From NCBI GenBank assembly GCA_964566075.1, contig CAZMHJ010000002.1, positions 1 through 56,732 on the forward strand: a stretch of 56,732 nucleotides of DNA, written 5' to 3'. Both the position numbers and the translations under genes were made by a program. Below the pieces are notes generated by a model that saw only the letters and a list, made by a program, of their open reading frames with translations, made no database searches and had not been told where the DNA came from. Numbering within the stretch: position 1 is the stretch's first letter; the number at the start of each line of letters is the position of its first letter. The DNA comes from an uncultured Candidatus Saccharibacteria bacterium (lineage in GTDB: Bacteria; Patescibacteriota; Saccharimonadia; Saccharimonadales; CAIOMD01). Below, piece by piece: positions 1-8,668 of the stretch.

Positions 1-25
1 TCCCGGGGGCCTCTTCATATTTGTT

Positions 26-247
26 TTGGCAATAGTTTTTCTTGTGTACAATACGTATATGAGTGAGCAGTTTCCAGAACAGCCGAAAGAATCATCTTCG
101 AGTCTTGATGGTATTGACGCAAAAAAGATACTTGCCGGAGCCGCCATTGCAGGCGCACTTGGGCTCGCAAGCCTTATTTATAAAGTTGCAAATGATAGGC
201 TCAAAAAAGACAGGATAGAAGGGCAGGTAGATAATGAAGATTTATAG
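26..247 (+). CDS. small hypothetical membrane protein
   Basis: 73-aa ORF with one hydrophobic stretch (AGAAIAGALGLASLIY). It overlaps the xth start by 14 nt. No family recognised. Confidence 0.4.
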   Translation: MAIVFLVYNTYMSEQFPEQPKESSSSLDGIDAKKILAGAAIAGALGLASLIYKVANDRLKKDRIEGQVDNEDL

Positions 248-1034
248 TTGGAACGTAAATGGTATCCGTGCCGTTTTAAATAAAGGGGCGTTTCAAGACT
301 TTTTAGCCAAGCACGACCCTGATATTTTGTGTTTACAAGAAACAAAAGCCCAGCGTGACCAAGTAGAGATTGATTTGCCGGGCTACCACGAATATTGGAA
401 CAGTGCGATTCGTAAAGGCTACAGTGGCACTGCTGTTTTTAGCAAAACTGAGCCACTTAGTGTTGCATATGGGTTCCCTGAGGACATACTTGCAAAGTAC
501 GATGTGACCGGTGACGAGTATGGAAATGCCAACGACGAAGGCCGTGTAACTGCTCTAGAATATCCCGAATTTTACGTAGTAACCGTCTACACACCAAATA
601 GCAAAGGCGATTTAAGCAGGCTAGAGCTGCGTCACAAGCACTGGGATCCAGCCTTTTTAGCTTATATGCAGGTACTAGAAGCCAAAAAACCGGTCTTATT
701 TAGCGGTGACTTAAATGTTGCTCACACCGAAGACGACCTGGCAAACCCAAAAGCAAATGTTGGCAAGCACGGTTTTACCAACGAAGAGCGCGAAGGCTTT
801 GATAATTTTGTAACGGCTGGTTATGTCGATACGTTTCGTATCTATACACCAACTGGTAATGGTCACTACACCTGGTGGACGCACTGGGCAAACGCCCGAG
901 CTCGCAACATTGGCTGGCGGATTGACTATTGGATGGCTAGCAAAGCCATTGCAGACCGCGTAAAAGCAGCCGCAATTCACGCAGATGTCATGGGCAGCGA
1001 CCACTGTCCGGTAAGTATCGAACTAAAGGATTAA
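234..1034 (+). CDS. xth: exodeoxyribonuclease III (AP endonuclease, EEP fold)
   Basis: N-terminus MKIYSWNVNGIRA...DILCLQETK, internal GDLNVAH and C-terminal SDHCPV are the ExoIII/APE1 signature blocks. Confidence 0.9.
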   Translation: MKIYSWNVNGIRAVLNKGAFQDFLAKHDPDILCLQETKAQRDQVEIDLPGYHEYWNSAIRKGYSGTAVFSKTEPLSVAYGFPEDILAKYDVTGDEYGNANDEGRVTALEYPEFYVVTVYTPNSKGDLSRLELRHKHWDPAFLAYMQVLEAKKPVLFSGDLNVAHTEDDLANPKANVGKHGFTNEEREGFDNFVTAGYVDTFRIYTPTGNGHYTWWTHWANARARNIGWRIDYWMASKAIADRVKAAAIHADVMGSDHCPVSIELKD

Positions 1035-1037
1035 AAC

Positions 1038-1721
1038 ATGCCATTTAACCATAATCTGAGCCCCAGCATTCAAAATCAACTCAGTAAAAAAACGCTGGTG
1101 CCGATTGTGGGTCCATCTTCTGTTGGTAAGACAAGTGTTATCCGTGCCGTTTGCGAGGCTGACCCCTCATTTCACCGTACGGTAAGTTTTACGACCCGTA
1201 CACCGCGCGAAGACGAAGAGCCAGATACCTATAAATTCTTACCGAACACTGACGCGCAACGTCGTGAGATCATAAAAAAGTTTGAAGCCGGCGAACTCAT
1301 TCAGTTTGCTATCCACCCAACAACTTCGTTTATGTATGGCACCGGCATCAGCGAATATAGTGGTGTCTATAATCTACTCGACGTGCTTAGTAGTGAGGTA
1401 CAAGAATTTCAAGCCATGGGATTTGCCGCCTGCCGCACCGTTATGCTCGTTACAACTCCCGATGAGTGGGCAGAACGCTTTGATGGACACCACTTTGGGC
1501 CCGAAGAATCAAGCAAACGAATACGTGAGGGTATCGATAGCTTGCAATGGGGTCTCGAGCATGCCGGCGGGGTACGATGGATCGAAAACCGCACGGGTGA
1601 CATTGCCAGTGCGGTTGACCATGTGATTGCAATTGCGCATAACGAGCTCCATGAAAACGATGCCAGAGCCCGCCAAACTGGCGAACAACTATTACAGTAC
1701 CTGAAAACGAGGACCACATGA
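1038..1721 (+). CDS. guanylate kinase-like P-loop protein
   Basis: P-loop GPSSVGKTS followed by SFTTRTPRE...DTYKF, which fits the guanylate kinase S-x-TTR-x-PR...Y-F pattern. The C-terminal half is diverged. Confidence 0.6.
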   Translation: MPFNHNLSPSIQNQLSKKTLVPIVGPSSVGKTSVIRAVCEADPSFHRTVSFTTRTPREDEEPDTYKFLPNTDAQRREIIKKFEAGELIQFAIHPTTSFMYGTGISEYSGVYNLLDVLSSEVQEFQAMGFAACRTVMLVTTPDEWAERFDGHHFGPEESSKRIREGIDSLQWGLEHAGGVRWIENRTGDIASAVDHVIAIAHNELHENDARARQTGEQLLQYLKTRTT

Positions 1722-2194
1722 ACAAAGACGTACGCAGAACGCTACTATTTTTACAAAGGGATGGTGAAATCCTCCTCGCTATGAAAAAGCGTGGTTTTGG
1801 AGCTAATCGCTGGAACGGCGTTGGTGGTAAGTTAGAAACAGGCGAGAGTGTCGAAGACGCCTTGGTGCGTGAGTGCCAAGAAGAAATTGGTGTTACGCCT
1901 GTTTCGTATCATCAAGTCGCTGAGCTCGACTTTTATGGTGGCAGTACCGAAGAAGCGTGGAATATGTATGTCTACGCCTACCTGTGTGACGAATGGCAAG
2001 GTAAACCCGTAGAAACCGAAGAAATGGCACCAAAATGGTTTACTATCGCTGATATACCGTATACAGATATGTGGCAAGATGATGAGCATTGGCTGCCAAA
2101 AGTACTTAGTGGGGCGCTGATAAAAGCAACCTTTAATTTTGATGAGCATGATAACCTAATTTCACAAGAGGTTGCAGAGGTAGATTCACTATGA
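1718..2194 (+). CDS. NUDIX hydrolase (MutT-like)
   Basis: Nudix box GGKLETGESVEDALVRECQEEIGV. ATGA overlap with the upstream gene. Confidence 0.85.
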   Translation: MNKDVRRTLLFLQRDGEILLAMKKRGFGANRWNGVGGKLETGESVEDALVRECQEEIGVTPVSYHQVAELDFYGGSTEEAWNMYVYAYLCDEWQGKPVETEEMAPKWFTIADIPYTDMWQDDEHWLPKVLSGALIKATFNFDEHDNLISQEVAEVDSL

Positions 2195-2904
2195 GTAAGC
2201 TTTTTGCGGTGTTTGATATTGATGGCACGTTAGTGCGTTGGCAAATGTTTCATGCCATCGTACACCATCTTGGTAAGCAGGGATATATTGACCCAAAAAC
2301 GCACGAAGCCATTCGGGCAGCTCGCATGATTTGGAAGAACCGTGACAGCTGCGAATCGTTTAGTCACTACGAAACATTACTCGTCCACGCGTATCTAAAC
2401 TCACTCAAAACCATCGACCCTGTAAAGTATGATGCTATCGTCGATGAGGTCTTTACCGAGTACAAAGATCAGTTATTTGTCTATACCCGAGATTTGCAAA
2501 AAGAGCTTAAAAAGCAGGGCTACTTTTTACTTGCAATATCTGGTTCGCAAGATGAAATTATCCAAAAATTGGCAGCGTATCATGGTTTCGACGACGCCAT
2601 TGGGGCAAAGCTTATCAAACAAAATGGCAGCTATACCGGTGAAATTGACACGCCCGTACACAACAAGGCGGCAGCCCTTGACGTATTAGTAAACAAGCAT
2701 CGTCTTAGTTACGAAAAAAGTGTTGGCGTAGGGGATACGGGTGGTGATATACCCATACTCGCCAAAGTTGAGCGTCCAATCGCATTTAACCCTAATCGTG
2801 AACTATTTGAAGCTGCACAAGCAAATGGTTGGGATATTGTTGTCGAACGAAAAAACGTAGTGTATCAGCTACAAAAGGCAAGCAATGGATACCTTTTGGC
2901 GTAG
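2191..2904 (+). CDS. HAD-superfamily (IB-like) phosphatase
   Basis: Motif I FDIDGTL near the N-terminus, ISGS in the middle and GVGDTGGDIPIL (motif IV). 4-nt overlap with the NUDIX gene. Confidence 0.8.
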   Translation: MSKLFAVFDIDGTLVRWQMFHAIVHHLGKQGYIDPKTHEAIRAARMIWKNRDSCESFSHYETLLVHAYLNSLKTIDPVKYDAIVDEVFTEYKDQLFVYTRDLQKELKKQGYFLLAISGSQDEIIQKLAAYHGFDDAIGAKLIKQNGSYTGEIDTPVHNKAAALDVLVNKHRLSYEKSVGVGDTGGDIPILAKVERPIAFNPNRELFEAAQANGWDIVVERKNVVYQLQKASNGYLLA

Positions 2905-3682
2905 GCAAGAGCTCACTAAGCCGTTATTTGAAGACCTTGTATGGAGCCGGCCCGAACAAAAATCGTTGGCTGGCAAACTTTTAATAATTGGTGGTAATGC
3001 CCATGCTATCGGCGCTCCAAGCGAGGCGTACCAGCGCGCCTTGCAGCAAGGTATTGGTGAAGTAAAAGTAGCCTTACCGGACAAAACACGCAAACTGCTC
3101 GGGCCAAAAGTACCGACCGATATTGAGTTAGCACCGAGTACGCTCAGCGGTAGCTTTAGCACCAAAGCAGAACGAGATTTGCAAGGATATATTAGTTGGG
3201 CTAATGCCACGTTTTTTGCGGGTGATATTGGTCGCAATAGCGAAACCGCTATTTTATTAGAGTCAATCACCCAAAAGATGCCCGGTTTACAGATATACAC
3301 GCGTGACGCGGTTGATTATTTTTATGCCCACCCAGCCACATTGTTAGATCGCGAAGATACACTTATCGTCGTCACTATCGCTCAGTTACAAAAACTCTGC
3401 ACGGCCGTATCGTTTCGTACTCCGATTACCTACAGTATGGGGATTGTTGCTCTCTGTGAGGCCTTACACGCACTCACCAGCCTGTATAAAGTACATATCT
3501 GTGTGCTTGACGGCTCGACAATCGTGACAGCTGTACAAGGGCAGTGTATCAGTACCAAGTTACCCGCCGAACCGGAACAGTGGCGGCTCAAGACCGCAAC
3601 CGTTGCCAGCGTATGGTGGCTCCAAAACCCCACTAAGCCACTCGAATCAATTGCAACAGCAATCACGCAATTACAGTGGTAG
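2885..3682 (+). CDS. YjeF-C / carbohydrate-kinase-like protein (possible NAD(P)HX dehydratase)
   Basis: GKLLIIGGNAHAIGAPSEAYQRALQQGIGEVKVALP resembles the YjeF C-terminal-domain N-terminal block. The function is tentative. Confidence 0.45.
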   Translation: MDTFWRRQELTKPLFEDLVWSRPEQKSLAGKLLIIGGNAHAIGAPSEAYQRALQQGIGEVKVALPDKTRKLLGPKVPTDIELAPSTLSGSFSTKAERDLQGYISWANATFFAGDIGRNSETAILLESITQKMPGLQIYTRDAVDYFYAHPATLLDREDTLIVVTIAQLQKLCTAVSFRTPITYSMGIVALCEALHALTSLYKVHICVLDGSTIVTAVQGQCISTKLPAEPEQWRLKTATVASVWWLQNPTKPLESIATAITQLQW

Positions 3683-3724
3683 TACTTTGCATATATCTAT
3701 ATATTATGTTATAATTTGCATCCT

Positions 3725-4591
3725 ATGAATCGGCATTTAGAACGACGTATCGAGCTTGTCGCGCGCAAGGGCTTTGAACAGTCCTATTTAAGTGCGCAGA
3801 TGCAGCTTGCTGGTATTGCCGAAATACAATCTCCTGAAGACGATTCGTGGATGACACGTTTAGAATCTGCTCGGATCGATTTGTTCGATGCGATTGGTAA
3901 GACAGAAGACGCAACCCAGTATTACAAGGCGTACATAATGTATATTGCAGCGCCATTGTTTACGCTCCCACTCTTAAAAGGAACAGTCGATGACAAAATT
4001 TTGAATAGCAATTTTAAAGCCATTCGTAAAGAATTTGTACAAATAACAAGGCAGATTGGCGAAGATACGACTGCCTCTCGGGAAATGTATCGACAAGCAT
4101 TAACGCAAGAAGAAGCTGATATGTTTTTAAAAAGTCACGGCGAGCTGCTTGGGATTGGTAGCGAAGCTGCCATTATGGCGTCGCTGCTCACAATGCCCAT
4201 CTACGAGCGCGGGTATATACCGTTACCTGCATTCACCTGGGAAGATGACGGCAAATACAATCTTTTGCACCACCGCTATGCTGACTCAGCTGACGAAAGC
4301 ACCCTCATTGACATTAAGCTTGTCCCACTCGATAACAACACGCTACCAATAAAAATTCAGGTTAAAACGCGCGCCCGTGATGCCAAAAAGTACGCCGGCG
4401 ATATTACTGTCATCAACTGTCTTGACGTAGTAAACGCTATTAGCCCCGGCAAAGGAATTTTGACTTTACCAGAACTTTTTAGCAGTATTTCAGATAACAC
4501 CGAACGAGCAAAAATGATGCAAACCGTGGGTGCATTACTTGCACGTCAGCTCGGCATACATCCAACCACATCTGATGAACTCGTTGGCTAA
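3725..4591 (+). CDS. hypothetical cytoplasmic protein
   Basis: Long ORF with no TM segment. The track start is TTG 3716, but I prefer ATG 3725, which lies 10 nt after an extended -10 (TGTTATAAT, 3707-3715). The C-terminus contains LIDIKLV...IKIQVK (see findings). Confidence 0.6.
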   Translation: MNRHLERRIELVARKGFEQSYLSAQMQLAGIAEIQSPEDDSWMTRLESARIDLFDAIGKTEDATQYYKAYIMYIAAPLFTLPLLKGTVDDKILNSNFKAIRKEFVQITRQIGEDTTASREMYRQALTQEEADMFLKSHGELLGIGSEAAIMASLLTMPIYERGYIPLPAFTWEDDGKYNLLHHRYADSADESTLIDIKLVPLDNNTLPIKIQVKTRARDAKKYAGDITVINCLDVVNAISPGKGILTLPELFSSISDNTERAKMMQTVGALLARQLGIHPTTSDELVG

Positions 4592-4677
4592 AGTAGTAGG
4601 GAATCAATTGTATCTCTGTTACGATAAAGTACGAATCTGCAAGCCGTACGCTAACCGAATTTAAATCCGGTTCATGG

Positions 4678-5532
4678 GTGTTTGCCGATGATCCAAATGC
4701 AGACGAAATCACTCAATTACTCACCTTGGGACTCGACGAAGGACTTATTGAAGACGCACTTGATGCCGACGAAGTACCTCGCTTTGAAGTAGAAGACGGC
4801 ATTACTTATTTATTTACCCGTTTTGCATACAAAAATGGTTCAAATAAAGTGGTGACTGCACCAATAATGATTGCCGTAAGCCCAAAATTTATTTTGACAT
4901 TAACAACCGTGAATTCAATAAAACTCAAACAGTTTGCCGAAAAAGGCGATGATAACATAACAACACGCCGCTCAGAACTCTTGCTCGAAATCCTCGAACT
5001 ATTACTCGAAACCTATGCGACCCAACTCAATAGCATTAACAAACAAATTAGGGCAGCCCGCAATAGCCTTAATGTGCGCCGCGTGAGTAATAAAGACTTT
5101 GTGCAGTTTGTTGAAATAGAAGACGTATTAAACGAGTTTTTAGGTGACTTAGTACCCGCTAATAATGTCTTGCAAAATTTAACTGGCAGGCGAAAAAACC
5201 TTTCGTTTGATGAAGAAGATCGCGATTTAATTGAAGATTTACAGCTATCAGCTACTCAGCTAATCGATACGATCCGCGGCAGCCTTAAAACGGCAGTTAA
5301 CATTCGCGAGGCCTACACGAATATCGCTACCAATAACCTTAACCGTCAGGTTAAAATTTTGACCACTTTGACAGTTGTCTTAACCATACCAACGATTATT
5401 GGTAGCTATTGGGGGATGAATGTCAATGTACCCCTACACAACAATGCGCACGCGTTTATTTTTATACTACTCGGTTCGGCGGGTGTAGCCGGCATCATTC
5501 TAGCTGTCTTCCGCAAAAACGGCTGGTTGTAA
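4678..5532 (+). CDS. corA: CorA-family Mg2+/Co2+ transporter
   Basis: YWGMNV (GMN motif) at the end of the first of two C-terminal TM helices, after an acidic soluble N-terminal domain. Confidence 0.85.
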   Translation: MFADDPNADEITQLLTLGLDEGLIEDALDADEVPRFEVEDGITYLFTRFAYKNGSNKVVTAPIMIAVSPKFILTLTTVNSIKLKQFAEKGDDNITTRRSELLLEILELLLETYATQLNSINKQIRAARNSLNVRRVSNKDFVQFVEIEDVLNEFLGDLVPANNVLQNLTGRRKNLSFDEEDRDLIEDLQLSATQLIDTIRGSLKTAVNIREAYTNIATNNLNRQVKILTTLTVVLTIPTIIGSYWGMNVNVPLHNNAHAFIFILLGSAGVAGIILAVFRKNGWL

Positions 5533-5544
5533 TTCTAGAATCGT

Positions 5545-5632
5545 TGGTACCGCAGGCCGGACTTGAACCGGCACGAGCGTAACGCTCACAAGATTTTGAG
5601 TCTGGCGTGTCTACCAATTCCACCACTGCGGC
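5545..5632 (-). tRNA. tRNA-Leu (anticodon CAA), type II with long variable arm, CCA encoded
   Basis: Reverse complement reads GCCGCAG-TG-GTGGAATTGGTAGACAC-G-CCAGA-CTCAAAA-TCTTG-TGAGCGTTACGCTCGT-GCCGGTTCAAGTCCGGC-CTGCGGT-A-CCA. It folds as a cloverleaf with a G1:U72 wobble and one C:U mismatch in the anticodon stem. Confidence 0.85.
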
Positions 5633-5786
5633 ATCAAATGGTTCCGATATAACTGTTAAATGATGTACCTTCGGTACTGTTCCACCACTGCGGCACAGAC
5701 GAGCTTAGAATTACCTAAAGCAGGGGTAATTGTACTATAATTAATGCATCACTAAAAGCCTTTAAGACAGATACTCGCACTAAAAG

Positions 5787-7052
5787 ATGAGCCAAGCACC
5801 CAGTGAATTACCACTGCCGCAACAAGATCAGCCTGCACCACGTCAGACAAATTCAGAGGCGGTCGATTTAATACGCCAAAAAGTTGCCGGTGTATACGGA
5901 GACGAGCCTTCGGCAAAAGAAGAAGAAAAAGAGATTAAGAATCTTGGCGCTACTTCTAAGCACCAAGAATTTATCGCAAAACTCATGAACTCTGGTAAAT
6001 CACTCGTAGAAGTGCAAACAGCGTGGCACTTATACTACCAAAATCTACCGGATCGCGAAAAACACGAAGTTTGGCAAGAGTTTTATGCTAACCATGCCCG
6101 CAGTGCACAGCTTTTACGAGAAGAGCCTACAAAAGCTCATAATAAGCCCCCGACACACACCCCTCATGTACCACTAACACACACTGTGGGCCATGTTGAT
6201 TCGTTTAATATACCTACAGACCACACTAAGACCAAAAGTGCTGATGAGCTAAAAAAACAGCTCCTTACCAATGTTACAGGTGGCCGTAAGCTCAAAAAGA
6301 AGCACCATATTCAGTCGCTCTTATTCGGACTCGGAATGGGTGCAATAGTGATTTTTATTTTTATGTTTGGATTCTTTAACGAACGCTTTATCGCGCCGTT
6401 TATTACGCCAAGCCGAACGGTCAGTAACACACCAATTATTGTCGATCCTACCGCTAGCAATGCTGTTGGTTCTGAAAGTAAGGTAATTATCCCTAAAATT
6501 AATGTCGAAGTACCTGTTGTATACGATGTACCAAGTATCGGCGAAAAAGATTTACAGTCAGCGCTTGAGCGGGGTGTGGTGCATTATCCTCAATCACCAG
6601 TGCCTGGTCAAAATGGTAACGTCGTTGTGGTTGGTCATTCGTCAAATAATATTTTCAATCATGGTAAATATAAATTTGCGTTTGTCTTGCTTAGTAAGCT
6701 CGAAGTAGGCGACACCTTTATGCTCAATTATGGTGGGCAACGGTACATATATAAGATTTACGAGAAAAAAATTGTGAGCCCAACCGATGTATCTGTGCTT
6801 GGGCCAACCGATAAAGTTGCAACTGCGACACTGATTACCTGTGACCCGCCAGGGACAGCTCTACATAGGCTTGTCATTATTGGCGAACAGATTAGCCCAG
6901 CAACTAACAATAATGTTGCCGCCAATCCTGTTGCAACGAGTGCTAATCAACCAAAAGTATTACCGGGCAATGCAGAAAGCTTATTCCACCGCTTATTCGG
7001 CTGGTTGTATGACTCAGCAGATAGTGGCGATGCTACAACTTCATCAAACTAA
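5787..7052 (+). CDS. sortase-family transpeptidase with long N-terminal extension and one TM segment
   Basis: TLITCDP (the catalytic TLxTC motif), an upstream VVVGHSS His block and TM LLFGLGMGAIVIFIFMFGFF. About 190 aa of Pro/Lys/His-rich sequence precede the TM. Confidence 0.8.
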   Translation: MSQAPSELPLPQQDQPAPRQTNSEAVDLIRQKVAGVYGDEPSAKEEEKEIKNLGATSKHQEFIAKLMNSGKSLVEVQTAWHLYYQNLPDREKHEVWQEFYANHARSAQLLREEPTKAHNKPPTHTPHVPLTHTVGHVDSFNIPTDHTKTKSADELKKQLLTNVTGGRKLKKKHHIQSLLFGLGMGAIVIFIFMFGFFNERFIAPFITPSRTVSNTPIIVDPTASNAVGSESKVIIPKINVEVPVVYDVPSIGEKDLQSALERGVVHYPQSPVPGQNGNVVVVGHSSNNIFNHGKYKFAFVLLSKLEVGDTFMLNYGGQRYIYKIYEKKIVSPTDVSVLGPTDKVATATLITCDPPGTALHRLVIIGEQISPATNNNVAANPVATSANQPKVLPGNAESLFHRLFGWLYDSADSGDATTSSN

Positions 7053-8530
7053 GGTAGAATAATCTGACCATTTTGCAGGCCAGTTCTACCGTCGGCTTGT
7101 GGTACAAGCGAGTACACGTATTGATAGTCTCGATCGAAGTAGACAGGGAACTCTTGACGACTATTAACAAGTGTTTGCAGGTTAGTGCCATCAAAGTCAA
7201 AAACACTATTTTTGCCATCTGCAACAACACTAAAGCGATGACCGTCCATCCATTTAGCTTGTTGGGTAGCTGCTATCGTAAGTGTACTTTGATAGCGGTA
7301 AACTCGTGTTAGCTCTGCGTCATATACCACAAACTGCTTTCCGGATTGTAAGCCCATAAAGCGAGTATTGTCAGAAAATGAGGCAAACTGAGGGTTATTA
7401 ATAAGCAGTGCCAGTCGAGGCGAAATCGCAGTCGTGTTGCCCGGTTTGGCTTTACTCAGTGGATCTTTATATAGAAGTGCTTTTTTATCACTCGAAGAAG
7501 CGGTTATGTAGTACCAGCTGTTTTCATACTTGGCCATATCAAGCAAATAGTGACCATTCGCGTCGCGTGGTAGTGTTTGTAACCTATACGTGTCAGTAGC
7601 ACCATTTAGTACAAATACGTTCGCCTGATCAGCAGTTGCGCCATTGTACGTTGTATACAGAATAAGATCATCAGCAAATGACTTAAAACTAACGACACCC
7701 GTTACCGTCGCGACCGTTTGCAACCCATTTTTAACGTCGGCCGAACGAAGTTCTCCGGTACTCTGGTTAAATGCATAATATCGGTCATAGTTCTTATTAC
7801 GTAGTGTTAGGGTATAGCCGTCTGGCAACGATAATTTTTTCGTAACATTAAAGGTCTGCGCCACATCTTCGCGGTCATACATAATGTAGGCTGACTTACC
7901 ATTCGCCAAGGTCTGCTTGAGGAGTAAGTGGCGATTATCATCAGACCATTCTACTGGGCTAAAAGTACCAAAGCCCGTGCCATCAGTGATTAGTTGCGCA
8001 GCAGGCAATGTAACCGACTTTGGGTCAGCCGTTGGTTTCAGCAAATCAAGTGTCATTATCGTTGGCGTATCGGCTTTTGATTGTAGCAGGAGCCATCTTC
8101 GGTCAAGACTTTGGCTCGCCCACGCGGGCGGAATAGCAAAAGCTTGCGTGATACCAAGAGGGATATTAACAGGGAAGAGTCGCGGGTACAGTAAGTACAG
8201 TACCGAGCCACCATCAACGTTAATAGTCTTAGACCAATCGCGATATTTATCTTTTTTGAGTGAGACCTGATGGACACCCTCACTTAATGTTAAACGAGCA
8301 TCTGTTTTATCTTTTTGCTGACCATCGATATAGATATCAGCGGTACCAGGCTTAGCCGAAAAAAAGACTAGACCACTCTGTGAGACACCTTTTTGCGGGT
8401 CATAACCATACCCTTGCGCAAGATACACGAGCACAAGAGTAGCGAGCCCGATAAGCACCGCTATAAGAGCATAGCCAGTAAACAATCGTATGGTTCGCGC
8501 TTTTTTTTCTTTTGGACTTAAAAATTCCAT
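7049..8530 (-). CDS. PEGA-domain membrane-anchored protein
   Basis: N-terminal TM, then ADIYIDGQQKDKTDARLTLSEGVHQVSLKKDKYRDW (PEGA pattern), then a large beta-rich extracytoplasmic region. Confidence 0.75.
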   Translation of the reverse strand: MEFLSPKEKKARTIRLFTGYALIAVLIGLATLVLVYLAQGYGYDPQKGVSQSGLVFFSAKPGTADIYIDGQQKDKTDARLTLSEGVHQVSLKKDKYRDWSKTINVDGGSVLYLLYPRLFPVNIPLGITQAFAIPPAWASQSLDRRWLLLQSKADTPTIMTLDLLKPTADPKSVTLPAAQLITDGTGFGTFSPVEWSDDNRHLLLKQTLANGKSAYIMYDREDVAQTFNVTKKLSLPDGYTLTLRNKNYDRYYAFNQSTGELRSADVKNGLQTVATVTGVVSFKSFADDLILYTTYNGATADQANVFVLNGATDTYRLQTLPRDANGHYLLDMAKYENSWYYITASSSDKKALLYKDPLSKAKPGNTTAISPRLALLINNPQFASFSDNTRFMGLQSGKQFVVYDAELTRVYRYQSTLTIAATQQAKWMDGHRFSVVADGKNSVFDFDGTNLQTLVNSRQEFPVYFDRDYQYVYSLVPQADGRTGLQNGQIILP

Positions 8531-8668
8531 ATTCGCATCTTTTATTGTGCCACGGCTCCTTCGTAAATACCACCTTATTTTAGATTAAAATCACTTGCAA
8601 TGTTGACGCCAAAAAGCGTACTATTATAGATAAGCAATAAAAGAAAGCAGCAAATAAACGGTGGCCGA

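Noticed and set aside
1-30. The window start (TCCCGGGGGCCTCTTCAT) resembles the window end (TTCCGGGGCTCTTTTCAT), suggesting circularity or a second copy of the terminal element.
   Set aside because: Only about 15 imperfectly matching nt are involved. The sequence after the first copy is ordinary coding DNA. This cannot be evaluated without flanking sequence.
4592-4677. Mg2+ (M-box) riboswitch upstream of corA and fluoride riboswitch upstream of the ClC gene (28469-28496).
   Set aside because: The intergenic spaces, 86 nt and 28 nt, are too short, and none of the conserved riboswitch cores is visible.
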